63,199 bases of DNA from a bacterium HR30 (GTDB lineage: Bacteria; Desulfobacterota; Binatia; HRBIN30), in contig BEIG01000003.1 of assembly GCA_002898795.1 (NCBI GenBank), forward strand, positions 1-63,199. The letters run 5' to 3'. Below, piece after piece: positions 34,070-42,272 of the stretch. The position numbers were made by a program, and so were the translations under genes. Numbering within the stretch: the first letter of the stretch is position 1; every line of letters starts with the position of its first letter. The notes beneath the pieces are model-generated. The model saw nothing but the letters and a program-made list of their open reading frames with translations, searched no databases and had not been told where the DNA came from.

Positions 34070-35287
34070 ATGACGATGCGACAGGTGCGATGGGCTGGCT
34101 GGACAGTGGCTGTCGCCGCGGCACTGTGCGTTGGGCCAGGATCGGCCGTTCAGGCGGATATCGCCTCGGATAAGCCGGCCGCGGTTGTGGTTTACCCAAA
34201 GGTTCAAGTGACGAGCGCGAACGGCGTTGATACAACAATCCGCTTAGCGAACACCAACACGACCAATCCGATTCAGGTGCATTGTTACTACATCAACGCC
34301 AGCTCGTATTGTGTGGGCGGGACGAATGCTGGTAGAAACTGCACACTAAGCCCGACAGTGTGTACCGGTGGGGGCATCTGCTTACCAAGCTGGCAGGAGA
34401 CGGACTTCCGAATCGTACTCACGGCTGGGCAACCAATCGAGTGGGTGGCTTCGGAAGGGCTTTCTGATTCCGACCTGCCACTGCCTCGGGGTGTTTGCGT
34501 GAGAAACCCGACGCGACGGTGTGGCTCGGACGCCGACTGTAACCCATTTCCCGGAGGCACGTGTACGCAAAGCAACGCCGGGACTCGCATCCCGCCTGTT
34601 CCCGACGATCCGTTCGTTGGAGAGCTCCGTTGCATTGCGATCGATCCGCAAGGGAATCCCATTCCCCGCAATGACCTTAAGGGCGAGGGGCAGGTGGTTA
34701 CTGTGGGGCAATCGTCGATTGATATCGCGGGGTACAACGCCATTGGTATCCAGGCGACGGGAGCGTCGGATGGAGTTTCGAATCAGCTCACGCTGGGGCC
34801 TGGCCGTAGCGGCGAGTACAACGGGTGCCCAAACTACCTGATTGTGAACCATTTCTTCGACGGAGCGGCGAACCCTGTTCCGGGTACCGACGCAACGATC
34901 TCCACGAACCTGGTATTGGTTCCTTGCTCCACCGACTATTTGCGGCAGATCCCGGGTTTGGCGGTGGCACAATACTTGGTGTTCAACGAGTTCGAGCAGC
35001 GGTTTTCCACGAGCCGCGCGGTGCGCTGCTACCAGGATATTCCGCTTAGCCGGATCGATACGGCTAACAGCAGTCGTTCGATTTGGAATGTGAGCGTTGC
35101 CGGGACGCTTACCGGTCAAACTCGCGTGAACCCGATTGGGGTACCGTCAAGCAATCCACCATCGATCCCGAGTGGGTTGCTGGGTATTGCGGTGGAGACT
35201 CATACCGGCAACGTGACCAAGAGTGCTGCGTTCAACGTACACATGGCGGGAGATCGTGATCAGGCGGATGTCATGATCATTCCGTAA
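34070..35287 (+). CDS. Secreted Cys-rich protein of unknown family, subtype B (B2)
   Basis: ATG at 34070 after AAGGAGA. Signal peptide ends VQA|D. Shares WQETDF, DPFVG.L.CIA.D, HFFDGA, FNEFEQRFSTS and GTLTGQTR with B1. 13 Cys. Confidence 0.88.
   Translation: MTMRQVRWAGWTVAVAAALCVGPGSAVQADIASDKPAAVVVYPKVQVTSANGVDTTIRLANTNTTNPIQVHCYYINASSYCVGGTNAGRNCTLSPTVCTGGGICLPSWQETDFRIVLTAGQPIEWVASEGLSDSDLPLPRGVCVRNPTRRCGSDADCNPFPGGTCTQSNAGTRIPPVPDDPFVGELRCIAIDPQGNPIPRNDLKGEGQVVTVGQSSIDIAGYNAIGIQATGASDGVSNQLTLGPGRSGEYNGCPNYLIVNHFFDGAANPVPGTDATISTNLVLVPCSTDYLRQIPGLAVAQYLVFNEFEQRFSTSRAVRCYQDIPLSRIDTANSSRSIWNVSVAGTLTGQTRVNPIGVPSSNPPSIPSGLLGIAVETHTGNVTKSAAFNVHMAGDRDQADVMIIP
34975..35014 (+). repeat. Exact 40-nt direct repeat, copy 2 (in B2)
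   Basis: Identical to 32431-32470. Confidence 0.95.
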
Positions 35288-35311
35288 GAGCGAAACGACG
35301 CCCGAAGGTAG

Positions 35312-35346
35312 GGCCGGCCGCGGGTGTCCGTGGCCGGCCTTTTTTT
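35312..35346 (+). terminator. Intrinsic terminator closing the four-gene array
   Basis: 12-bp stem GGCCGGCCGCGG-gtgt-CCGTGGCCGGCC (one G-U pair) followed by T7. Confidence 0.92.
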
Positions 35347-35349
35347 CAT

Positions 35350-36297
35350 CTAGCCCGGAAGTTGGCGGAACACGAAGTCGATAACGGCGGCTTCGATTCG
35401 CGTGCCGTGGAGGCGATTATATTCCTGAATGCCGGTCGGACTGGTGACGTTGACCTCGGTCAGATACCCGCCAATGACGTCGATGCCAACGAAATACAGT
35501 CCATCAGCCCTCAAGCGCGGCGCGAGGGTGCTAACGATCTCGTGGTCTCGCGGGGTAATCTCTGTGGCAACGACGGTGCCACCAGCGTGAATGTTGCCGC
35601 GGTGTTCGTCGGGGCGAGGCACGCGAAGGATGGCGCCGATGGGTTCGCCGTCGAGAAGGAGAATACGTTTATCGCCTTGGCGAGCTTCCGGTAGGTAGCG
35701 TTGCACCATCAGATAGCGGTGACCCTCTTGCGTCATAAGCTCCAGGAGAGCGTTGAGGTTACGGTCACTCGCTGCCGCCAAAAAGACACCTGAACCGCCA
35801 CAGCAATCGAGTGGTTTGATGATCGCGGTTCCTCCCTGCTCGCGGATAAACTCCTTGATTCTTTGGATATCGGAAGTGACCATCGTGGGGGGAATCAACG
35901 TTGGGAAGTACAGGGCGTAAAGCTTTTCGTTCGCCTCACGAAGACCTCGCGGGTTGTTGAGAACGAAGGTGCGCTCGGGGTTCACGAGGCTCAACAGGTA
36001 CGTGGCGAAGAGGTAACTTTGATCGAACGGCGGATCCTTGCGCATGAAAACGGCGTCGTAAAAGTGGAGTGGTTCCACGCGTTCTTCGAAGCGGCGGAAA
36101 GGTTCTCCTTCGCGACTTACGATCGTGCGACGAGCTTGCGCGTACGCGTCCGACCCGCGGGCGAACAATTGTTCGACCGTGCACGTGTACACGTCCACAC
36201 CCCGTGCTTGCGCTTCGAGCATAAAGACGAATGTCGTGTCGCGGTCAGGCAGAATCCGCTCCAGGGGATCCATTACGAAGAGGAATCGTCGGGTCAT
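35350..36297 (-). CDS. gshB: Glutathione synthetase
   Basis: Motifs FLFVMDPL, DAVFMRKDPPFD..Y, NNPRGLREANEK, KPLDCCGGSGVF, GDKRIL, RGNIHAGG, GIDVIG and EVNVTSPTG. Confidence 0.95.
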   Translation of the reverse strand: MTRRFLFVMDPLERILPDRDTTFVFMLEAQARGVDVYTCTVEQLFARGSDAYAQARRTIVSREGEPFRRFEERVEPLHFYDAVFMRKDPPFDQSYLFATYLLSLVNPERTFVLNNPRGLREANEKLYALYFPTLIPPTMVTSDIQRIKEFIREQGGTAIIKPLDCCGGSGVFLAAASDRNLNALLELMTQEGHRYLMVQRYLPEARQGDKRILLLDGEPIGAILRVPRPDEHRGNIHAGGTVVATEITPRDHEIVSTLAPRLRADGLYFVGIDVIGGYLTEVNVTSPTGIQEYNRLHGTRIEAAVIDFVFRQLPG

Positions 36298-36334
36298 ACA
36301 AAACGATCGTACGCGGGCACGGCGTTGCGCGCAA

Positions 36335-37093
36335 CTAGACGACCTCGGCGGTCGCGGTCTGCCGCAGGTCGCCCCAGAGAAACTGAACCAAAGTCAATGC
36401 TGCTACCACGGCAGTTTCCGTGCGTAGCACGCGTGGACCTAGGCGCACTGGCAAGAACCCGCCAGTCTCGAGGACTCGGAGTTCATCCGGTGCAAAACCG
36501 CCCTCGGGACCGATGACAACTGTTACCCCTGCTGGCTTGGGCACGCTCCACGGGAGACCTTTCTCCCCGTCTGGCATCGTTGCCGAGGGGTGCAACACCA
36601 GGCCTAGAGACGGTCTCTCGAGGGGCAGAAGGGCCTCCACCGAAGGGACGCTCACGAGCGTCGGCACGCGACTGCGTTGGCACTGTTTCGTGGCTTCCAG
36701 CACAATTCTTTTCCACCGCTCGAGTCGGCGCTGCTGGTCGTACGCGCGCCCACGTTTCGAGCCGAACACAACGATGCGGCTTGCGCCGAGTTCGGTTGCC
36801 TTCTCTAAGGCGTAGGTCATGCGCTCCTCCCGAACTGGCGCAACGGCTAGGGTGATGTCCAAGGGTGACTCGCTCTGACCCGACAGGGCCTGTACGATGC
36901 GGATTTCCGCCTCGCGCGGGCCAACCCGCTGTAAGACACCAAGTAACTCCGTACCTTTCCCATCGATGACCCGCACGTTGTCGCCCACGCGGAGCCGACG
37001 CACGCGCAAGTGGTGATACTCCTCGCCATCGATGACGATGCTCGCACCACTTCGCAGGGTTGCGGAAGGAGCAAAAAAAGTGGGCAAGCTCAT
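36335..37093 (-). CDS. rsmE: 16S rRNA m3U1498 methyltransferase
   Basis: Motifs HHLRVRRL, LEKATELG, ATKQCQR and IGPEGGF..E..LGPRVLRTETA. ATG at 37093 overlaps the prmA stop. Confidence 0.93.
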   Translation of the reverse strand: MSLPTFFAPSATLRSGASIVIDGEEYHHLRVRRLRVGDNVRVIDGKGTELLGVLQRVGPREAEIRIVQALSGQSESPLDITLAVAPVREERMTYALEKATELGASRIVVFGSKRGRAYDQQRRLERWKRIVLEATKQCQRSRVPTLVSVPSVEALLPLERPSLGLVLHPSATMPDGEKGLPWSVPKPAGVTVVIGPEGGFAPDELRVLETGGFLPVRLGPRVLRTETAVVAALTLVQFLWGDLRQTATAEVV

Positions 37094-37950
37094 GGGCGTT
37101 TTTTGCGAAACCACAAGGCGACCCAGGTTTCGCGTTCCCACCGCTGCTCGACCGTAAACCCGAGCTGCGCATAAGCGCTGCAAATGCTGGGTTCGTCGGA
37201 AACGAGAAACCCAGAGCAAATAAAGCTGCCAAGGGGCTCGAGGTGCAAATGAATTTTGTGGGCAAGCTCTTCCAAAGCATTGCGGTACAAGTTGGCCACG
37301 ATGCAGTCGTAGGCGACTCCGCTGGCTTCCCAAGACTCTGCCACTTGGACGACTGCGGCAACTTCATTGCGCAGGGCGTTTGTTCGGGCGATGGCAAGAG
37401 CGTCCGGATCGATATCGACTGCGTGCACGCGGGGGACACCAAGCTTTGCCAAGGCAATGGCCAGAATCCCGGAGCCCGTGCCAAGGTCGAGAGCGTAGTT
37501 GGTTCGACCCTGTGTCACCGCGCGTTCGATCAGTTCCAGGCACCCGAGTGTACTGGGGTGATGGCCAGTGCCGAAAGCCATGCCCGGCTCGATCACGAGC
37601 GCAATCCGCCCTGGGGGTTTCTCCGAGACCCACGGCGGTTGGATCCAAAGTCGCTCGCCAACCGCCAGGGGCGAGAACCACTGTTTCCACGACTCGCCCC
37701 AGTTCTCCTCGCTCATTTGGTGCACGGTGAGCTGGTGATGCTTGGAACTCACCGCACGCAAGTATCGTTGAACCGCCCGTAGGAGAGCTTGGCGATGAAT
37801 GCGCTCTTCGGGGAAGTAGGCGCGCAAGGTCACAGCTTGGTTGGCTTCTTCCATTTCAATACCGCCGGAGCCTAATTCGAAAAGGAAAGAGGAAAAAGGG
37901 TCGGCCAACTCTGGACTCACGGTTGCTTCGAGTTCGAGCCACCTTCGCAT
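37090..37950 (-). CDS. prmA: Ribosomal protein L11 methyltransferase
   Basis: Motifs ENWGESWKQWF, IEPGMAFGTGHHPST, LDLGTGSGILAI, VDIDPDA and VANL. Start is the ATG at 37950. Confidence 0.94.
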   Translation of the reverse strand: MRRWLELEATVSPELADPFSSFLFELGSGGIEMEEANQAVTLRAYFPEERIHRQALLRAVQRYLRAVSSKHHQLTVHQMSEENWGESWKQWFSPLAVGERLWIQPPWVSEKPPGRIALVIEPGMAFGTGHHPSTLGCLELIERAVTQGRTNYALDLGTGSGILAIALAKLGVPRVHAVDIDPDALAIARTNALRNEVAAVVQVAESWEASGVAYDCIVANLYRNALEELAHKIHLHLEPLGSFICSGFLVSDEPSICSAYAQLGFTVEQRWERETWVALWFRKKRP

Positions 37951-38038
37951 GGAATAACTTTCCTTTTTGCAAAAGCCGATTGGACGCTCAACGACGTTGT
38001 GGTTGGCTTTCAGCGCTCGAAAGAGTAAACGCTTCGCC

Positions 38039-38770
38039 ATGATGCCGAATTGTCTTTGCATTGCGCACCGCGGGGCGTCGGGACATGCGCCGGAGCACAC
38101 ACGCGCGGCCTTCGAGCTGGCGTTGGAAATGGGTGCGCAGATGATCGAGCTCGATGTCCAACTGAGTGCCGACGATGCGCTGGTCGTGTTCCACGACGCC
38201 GACGTGAGCCGCACGACCAATGGCTCGGGAAAAGTGCGGGAACTCTCTCTCGAACAACTGCGGACTCTTGACGCCGGAAGCTGGTTCGATGCGCGCTTTA
38301 CAGGGGAGCGAATTCTTACGCTGGAAGAAGTGCTGGAATTGGTGGCTGGCCGGGTTGCCCTGAATGTTGAGATCAAATCGCCCCGGGAGGACGGCAGCAT
38401 TCTCATTCCCAAACTGATCGCGGCGCTGGAGCATTTCGGAGTGTTGGCGACCACCATAATTTCGTCGTTTGATTGGTGGCTCCTGGGCGATGTAAGAGCG
38501 GCGAACGACCAGGTGCGCTTGGGGTTACTGTGGAGCGATCCTCTGATCCCGTGGCCGTGGGACCGCGCCCTCAAGCTGCAGGCGGCCCACCTACACCCTC
38601 TTTGGGCCGTCGCCAGTCGCGACCGCGTTGATGAAGCGCATGCTCATGGGATGTGGGTGAATGCGTGGACGGTCAACGATCTGCCCACGATGGCAGAACT
38701 CATCCAGATGGGCGTAGATGGGATCATTACCGACTACCCCGATCGCTTGCTCCAACTGTTGCGGGGTTGA
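38039..38770 (+). CDS. Glycerophosphodiester phosphodiesterase
   Basis: Motifs IAHRGASGHAPEHT, ELDVQLSAD..VVFHD, NVEIK, ISSFD, WTVND and GVDGIITDYP. Confidence 0.93.
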   Translation: MMPNCLCIAHRGASGHAPEHTRAAFELALEMGAQMIELDVQLSADDALVVFHDADVSRTTNGSGKVRELSLEQLRTLDAGSWFDARFTGERILTLEEVLELVAGRVALNVEIKSPREDGSILIPKLIAALEHFGVLATTIISSFDWWLLGDVRAANDQVRLGLLWSDPLIPWPWDRALKLQAAHLHPLWAVASRDRVDEAHAHGMWVNAWTVNDLPTMAELIQMGVDGIITDYPDRLLQLLRG

Positions 38771-38858
38771 TTGTATGGGTCCGCTTGACTACCGTCGCGT
38801 GTTCCGTGTCACAACCAGGGAACACGAGAAGAGTTTCGAGGAAAGGGGGTGAGTCTGT

Positions 38859-39059
38859 TTGGCAGGTGTGCGGGTAAAAGAAAACGAACCGCTCGATAGC
38901 GCCATTCGCAGATTCAAAAAGCAGTGCGAAAAAGCCGGAATTTTGGCTGAACTCCGTAAGCGCGAACACTACGAGAAGCCAAGTGTACGGAGGAAGAAAA
39001 AGGAATTGGCGGCCAAAAAGCGTTACCTACGCCGTATGGCGCGGGCAGCGGGCTTGTGA
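38859..39059 (+). CDS. rpsU: 30S ribosomal protein S21
   Basis: [42 protein letters not shown] start. Confidence 0.97.
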   Translation: MAGVRVKENEPLDSAIRRFKKQCEKAGILAELRKREHYEKPSVRRKKKELAAKKRYLRRMARAAGL

Positions 39060-39093
39060 GGCAAGCCCGTTTGTGAGAAGTCTGTAGGGTCAA

Positions 39094-39579
39094 ATGCCAC
39101 AGCTAACGTGGGACATTGCGATCATGGCATTCTTGGCCCTGGCTAGTCTGCGGGGCTTTTGGCGTGGTGTGTGCCGCGAGTTGGGTTCGCTGTTCGGGTG
39201 CCTTGCGGGCATTGTCATTGGGTGGAGGAGTGCCATGCCCCTGGCAGAGTTTCTAAGGGCCGGAGGCGCTGCCACGGAGCTCGATGCGGCACTGATTTTT
39301 TCTCTCGTTTTTGTGGGGATGTGGGGACTGGGAGGGTTCTTTGGTTGGGTCGGGGAAAAACTCTTCCGTTCCCCCGCAGCCGCTTGGGTCAGCGGAGCAG
39401 GCGGCTTAGTGGTGGGGGCAGCCAAGGGTGCGGTCATCGCCGGCGCAACGTTGGTTTTTGTCCAGTTGTTCGTGCCGCAAGCCGCGGGCCAGTTGGAGCA
39501 GGCAGCCCTGTCACGGTGGCTCACACACAACACGACAGTAGCCGTAACGTGGCTCGTGCAACGACAAATGGAGCCTTAA
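39094..39579 (+). CDS. cvpA: CvpA family membrane protein
   Basis: WDIA..GFWRGVCRELGSLFG and GAGGLVVGAAKG pattern. Confidence 0.85.
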   Translation: MPQLTWDIAIMAFLALASLRGFWRGVCRELGSLFGCLAGIVIGWRSAMPLAEFLRAGGAATELDAALIFSLVFVGMWGLGGFFGWVGEKLFRSPAAAWVSGAGGLVVGAAKGAVIAGATLVFVQLFVPQAAGQLEQAALSRWLTHNTTVAVTWLVQRQMEP

Positions 39580-39589
39580 GACGCTGGCC

Positions 39590-41323
39590 ATGACGGGGTT
39601 TGTGGCGGATGGTACCCTCGAGGAAATTCAGCGGCGCGTTCCGATCTTAGACATAGTTTCCACCTACGTCAGTCTAAAAAGGCAAGGGCGCAATTACGTC
39701 GGTTTGTGCCCGTTTCATGCGGAAAAGACCCCATCGTTCTCGGTGAGCCCAGAAAAGGGGCTGTTTCATTGCTTTGGCTGCGGGGCAGGGGGCAACGTCT
39801 TCACCTTTCTCATGCGCGTGGAGGGATTGGACTTCCGCACCGCGGTGGAACGGTTGGCGGAGAAAGCCGGTGTGACCCTTACGGGATCCGCTTCCTCTCC
39901 TCGCCGGCACACCCGGGAGCGCGCATACGAACTACACCGTGTGGCAGCAGAGTATTTCGCTGGTGCGCTTCGGGGACCCGAAGGCGCTTTGGCACGGGCT
40001 TACCTGGAACATCGGGGAGTGTCTGCGGACACCGCCGAACGTTTTCACATTGGCTTTTGCCCCGCAGGTTCGGGCTTGCAGCAGGCGCTGGCTAGGCGCG
40101 GTGTTAGTCCGGTCGAAGCGCAGCGGTGGGGATTGCTAGGTACCCGCCAGGGCGGTGGGCTCTACGCCCGACTTGGTGGACGGCTGGTGTTCCCCATTCG
40201 CAATCCGGCGGGCAACATCGTCGGCTTTGCTGGGCGATCCTTAGGGGAACAGTTACCCAAGTACGTGAACTCTCCGGAGTCCGAGATCTTCCGCAAAGGG
40301 GAGCTGCTGTTCGGACTCTACGAGGCTCGGCAGGCCATTCAACACACGCGCCAGGTGGTCGTCGTGGAAGGTTACCTCGATGTCCTAGCACTCGCTCAAG
40401 CGGGAATGAGCCAGGTCGTGGCCACGATGGGTACTGCTCTCGGTGAGCGGCAACTCGAAACGTTGCAGCGTATGGCTGAGGAAGTCTTCGTGTGTTTTGA
40501 CGCAGACGAAGCCGGTTGGCGCGCGGCCGAACGTGCCTTTGCCGTGGGGGCCAAGGTCGGGGTGTGGATGCGGGGGATCTTTCTGCCGCCGGGCGAGGAC
40601 CCGGACTCGTTCGTCCGTGGCAAAGGAATCAGCGCCATGGAAAAAGCGATGAAACATGCGATCCCTTTGGCTGACTTCTATTTCGAGCGGAAAGCACCCC
40701 CGTCGGGAGCGCCCCTACCTGTCAAGGCCCGCGCGGCAAGAGAGGTGGCCGCAGTCTTGTCTCTCGTGCGCGACCCGGTGATGGCGCGATTGCTGACGCA
40801 AAGAGCAGCCACTTACCTCGGGGTGGAGGAACATCTCCTCCAAAGCTCGCCACCAGCTCACGGCACATCGCCGTCAGCAACGCAGCCCCAAGCTGCATCC
40901 AATTGGGCTCATCCGGAGGAAACGCTGTTGCTTGCAGCCATGGTGGTCAACCGGCAAGTTGCCCAGCGAATGGCACCAGAGTTAGGGTCGTCTCCCTTTG
41001 TAACCCCGGGTGCCAACGAACTCGCCCAGCGGATTGTCGCTGCTTGGCAGGGTGCTTCCGAACCAGTGGCCTTTGTTGCGGAGCTGCCCGAGGAATTGCA
41101 GGCTATCGTCAGTGCCCATCTGCTAGGAGGTGGCCCCTTGGCAGGTGTGGATGTAATCCAAGTGGCTAGCGATTGTGTCGCCAAGTTGCGTCGGCGTCAG
41201 CAGCGCCTCCGCTTGGAGCAACTGCGCAGGGAACTCCGTGCTGCCGAACACAAAGGAGACCGCACCAAGATTTTGGAGTTACAACGGGAGCTGCAAGAAT
41301 TGCGGCAACTTTCGCAGACATGA
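39590..41323 (+). CDS. dnaG: DNA primase
   Basis: CHC2 zinc finger (CPFHAEKTPSF..FHCFGCG), RLVFPI, KYVNSPES, VVEGYLD and CFDAD.AG. Confidence 0.97.
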   Translation: MTGFVADGTLEEIQRRVPILDIVSTYVSLKRQGRNYVGLCPFHAEKTPSFSVSPEKGLFHCFGCGAGGNVFTFLMRVEGLDFRTAVERLAEKAGVTLTGSASSPRRHTRERAYELHRVAAEYFAGALRGPEGALARAYLEHRGVSADTAERFHIGFCPAGSGLQQALARRGVSPVEAQRWGLLGTRQGGGLYARLGGRLVFPIRNPAGNIVGFAGRSLGEQLPKYVNSPESEIFRKGELLFGLYEARQAIQHTRQVVVVEGYLDVLALAQAGMSQVVATMGTALGERQLETLQRMAEEVFVCFDADEAGWRAAERAFAVGAKVGVWMRGIFLPPGEDPDSFVRGKGISAMEKAMKHAIPLADFYFERKAPPSGAPLPVKARAAREVAAVLSLVRDPVMARLLTQRAATYLGVEEHLLQSSPPAHGTSPSATQPQAASNWAHPEETLLLAAMVVNRQVAQRMAPELGSSPFVTPGANELAQRIVAAWQGASEPVAFVAELPEELQAIVSAHLLGGGPLAGVDVIQVASDCVAKLRRRQQRLRLEQLRRELRAAEHKGDRTKILELQRELQELRQLSQT

Positions 41324-41398
41324 GGCGAGGCCATGCAAGAGCGATTGCGGCGAGGTAAGCTAGTTGCGAACTCTTCCCGGGATCACCGGGAGAAGGAA

Positions 41399-41472
41399 GG
41401 GCCCATAGCTCAGATGGTTAGAGCCGCCGGCTCATAACCGGTAGGTCCCAGGTTCGAGTCCTGGTGGGCCCA
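41399..41472 (+). tRNA. tRNA-Ile2 (anticodon CAU, lysidine type); CCA not encoded
   Basis: Acceptor stem GGGCCCA/TGGGCCC, TAGCTCAG D-arm, anticodon arm GCCGG-CTCATAA-CCGGT, T-arm CCAGG-TTCGAGT-CCTGG, discriminator A. G1:C72 and C4:G69 favour Ile2 over fMet or Met. Confidence 0.9.
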
Positions 41473-41520
41473 TGAAATGGTCACGGTAGTGAAAATCTCA
41501 GATCAAGGAAGGAAAACAAT

Positions 41521-42252
41521 ATGCCGGTGGAATCGGCTCTCGCGCAGCTAGCGGCTTTGCAGAACTTGGATCGGCAGATGCGCGAGAAGATGGAGCAACT
41601 CGAGACCCTGCGTGCACGCTTGAACGAGTGGCGCGCACGGCTCGACACCAGGCGGCAGTCGGTATCTGCGTTGCGCGAAGAGTTACAGTCGCTCGACGGA
41701 AAACGGCGGGAGCTCGAGCGACGGTTGTCGGAAGAGGATGCGAAGATGCGCGATCGGCGCATGCGCTTACAGCGCATTCGAAACGAGCGCGAGGTGCAAG
41801 CTTTGCAACGCGAAATCGAGCTCGGCAAGCAAGCGAATCAGCAACTCGAATCGGATCTGCTGCAGGTTCTCGAGGCTCTGGAACAGTTGCAAGCGCAGCT
41901 CAAGGCAGCAGAGGAAGATCAAAAGGCACTGGAAAACGAGTTTCGCGAGGACAGCGCACGGCATGAGAAGGAGCTCGATGAGCTGGCGCAGGATGTGGAG
42001 CGGATTCGGCGCGAGCGAGATCGTTTGGCGGCTGCCATCGATGCAAACTTGCTGCGCCGCTACGAGCAAATCTTTGAGCGGCGCGAAGGTTTGGCCGTGG
42101 TGGAAATTCAGGAACCGATTTGTACGGGTTGCCACATGAACCTTTCTCCCCAGTTCTTCATTGAACTGCAGCGTGGGGATGAGATTCGGCTTTGTCCCAA
42201 CTGCCATCGGATTTTGTACTTCCGCGTGGACCGAGGTGGTCGCGACGCGTAA
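41521..42252 (+). CDS. Coiled-coil protein with C-terminal C4 zinc ribbon (zf-RING_7; CT398/HP0958-like)
   Basis: Long heptad region followed by CTGCHMNL..CPNCHRILY. Confidence 0.9.
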   Translation: MPVESALAQLAALQNLDRQMREKMEQLETLRARLNEWRARLDTRRQSVSALREELQSLDGKRRELERRLSEEDAKMRDRRMRLQRIRNEREVQALQREIELGKQANQQLESDLLQVLEALEQLQAQLKAAEEDQKALENEFREDSARHEKELDELAQDVERIRRERDRLAAAIDANLLRRYEQIFERREGLAVVEIQEPICTGCHMNLSPQFFIELQRGDEIRLCPNCHRILYFRVDRGGRDA

Positions 42253-42272
42253 AAGCCGCTATATGGGTCGTC

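Noticed and set aside
30369-35287. Four-gene array as a prophage, toxin or CRISPR-associated locus
   Set aside because: There is no integrase, att-like flanks, nuclease or toxin motifs, immunity-sized genes or repeat-spacer array. All four genes have Sec signals and host-type promoters.
41399-41472. tRNA-Met call from the CAU anticodon
   Set aside because: A paired G1:C72 excludes initiator tRNA. The acceptor stem (G3, C4:G69) and the position after dnaG fit Ile2.
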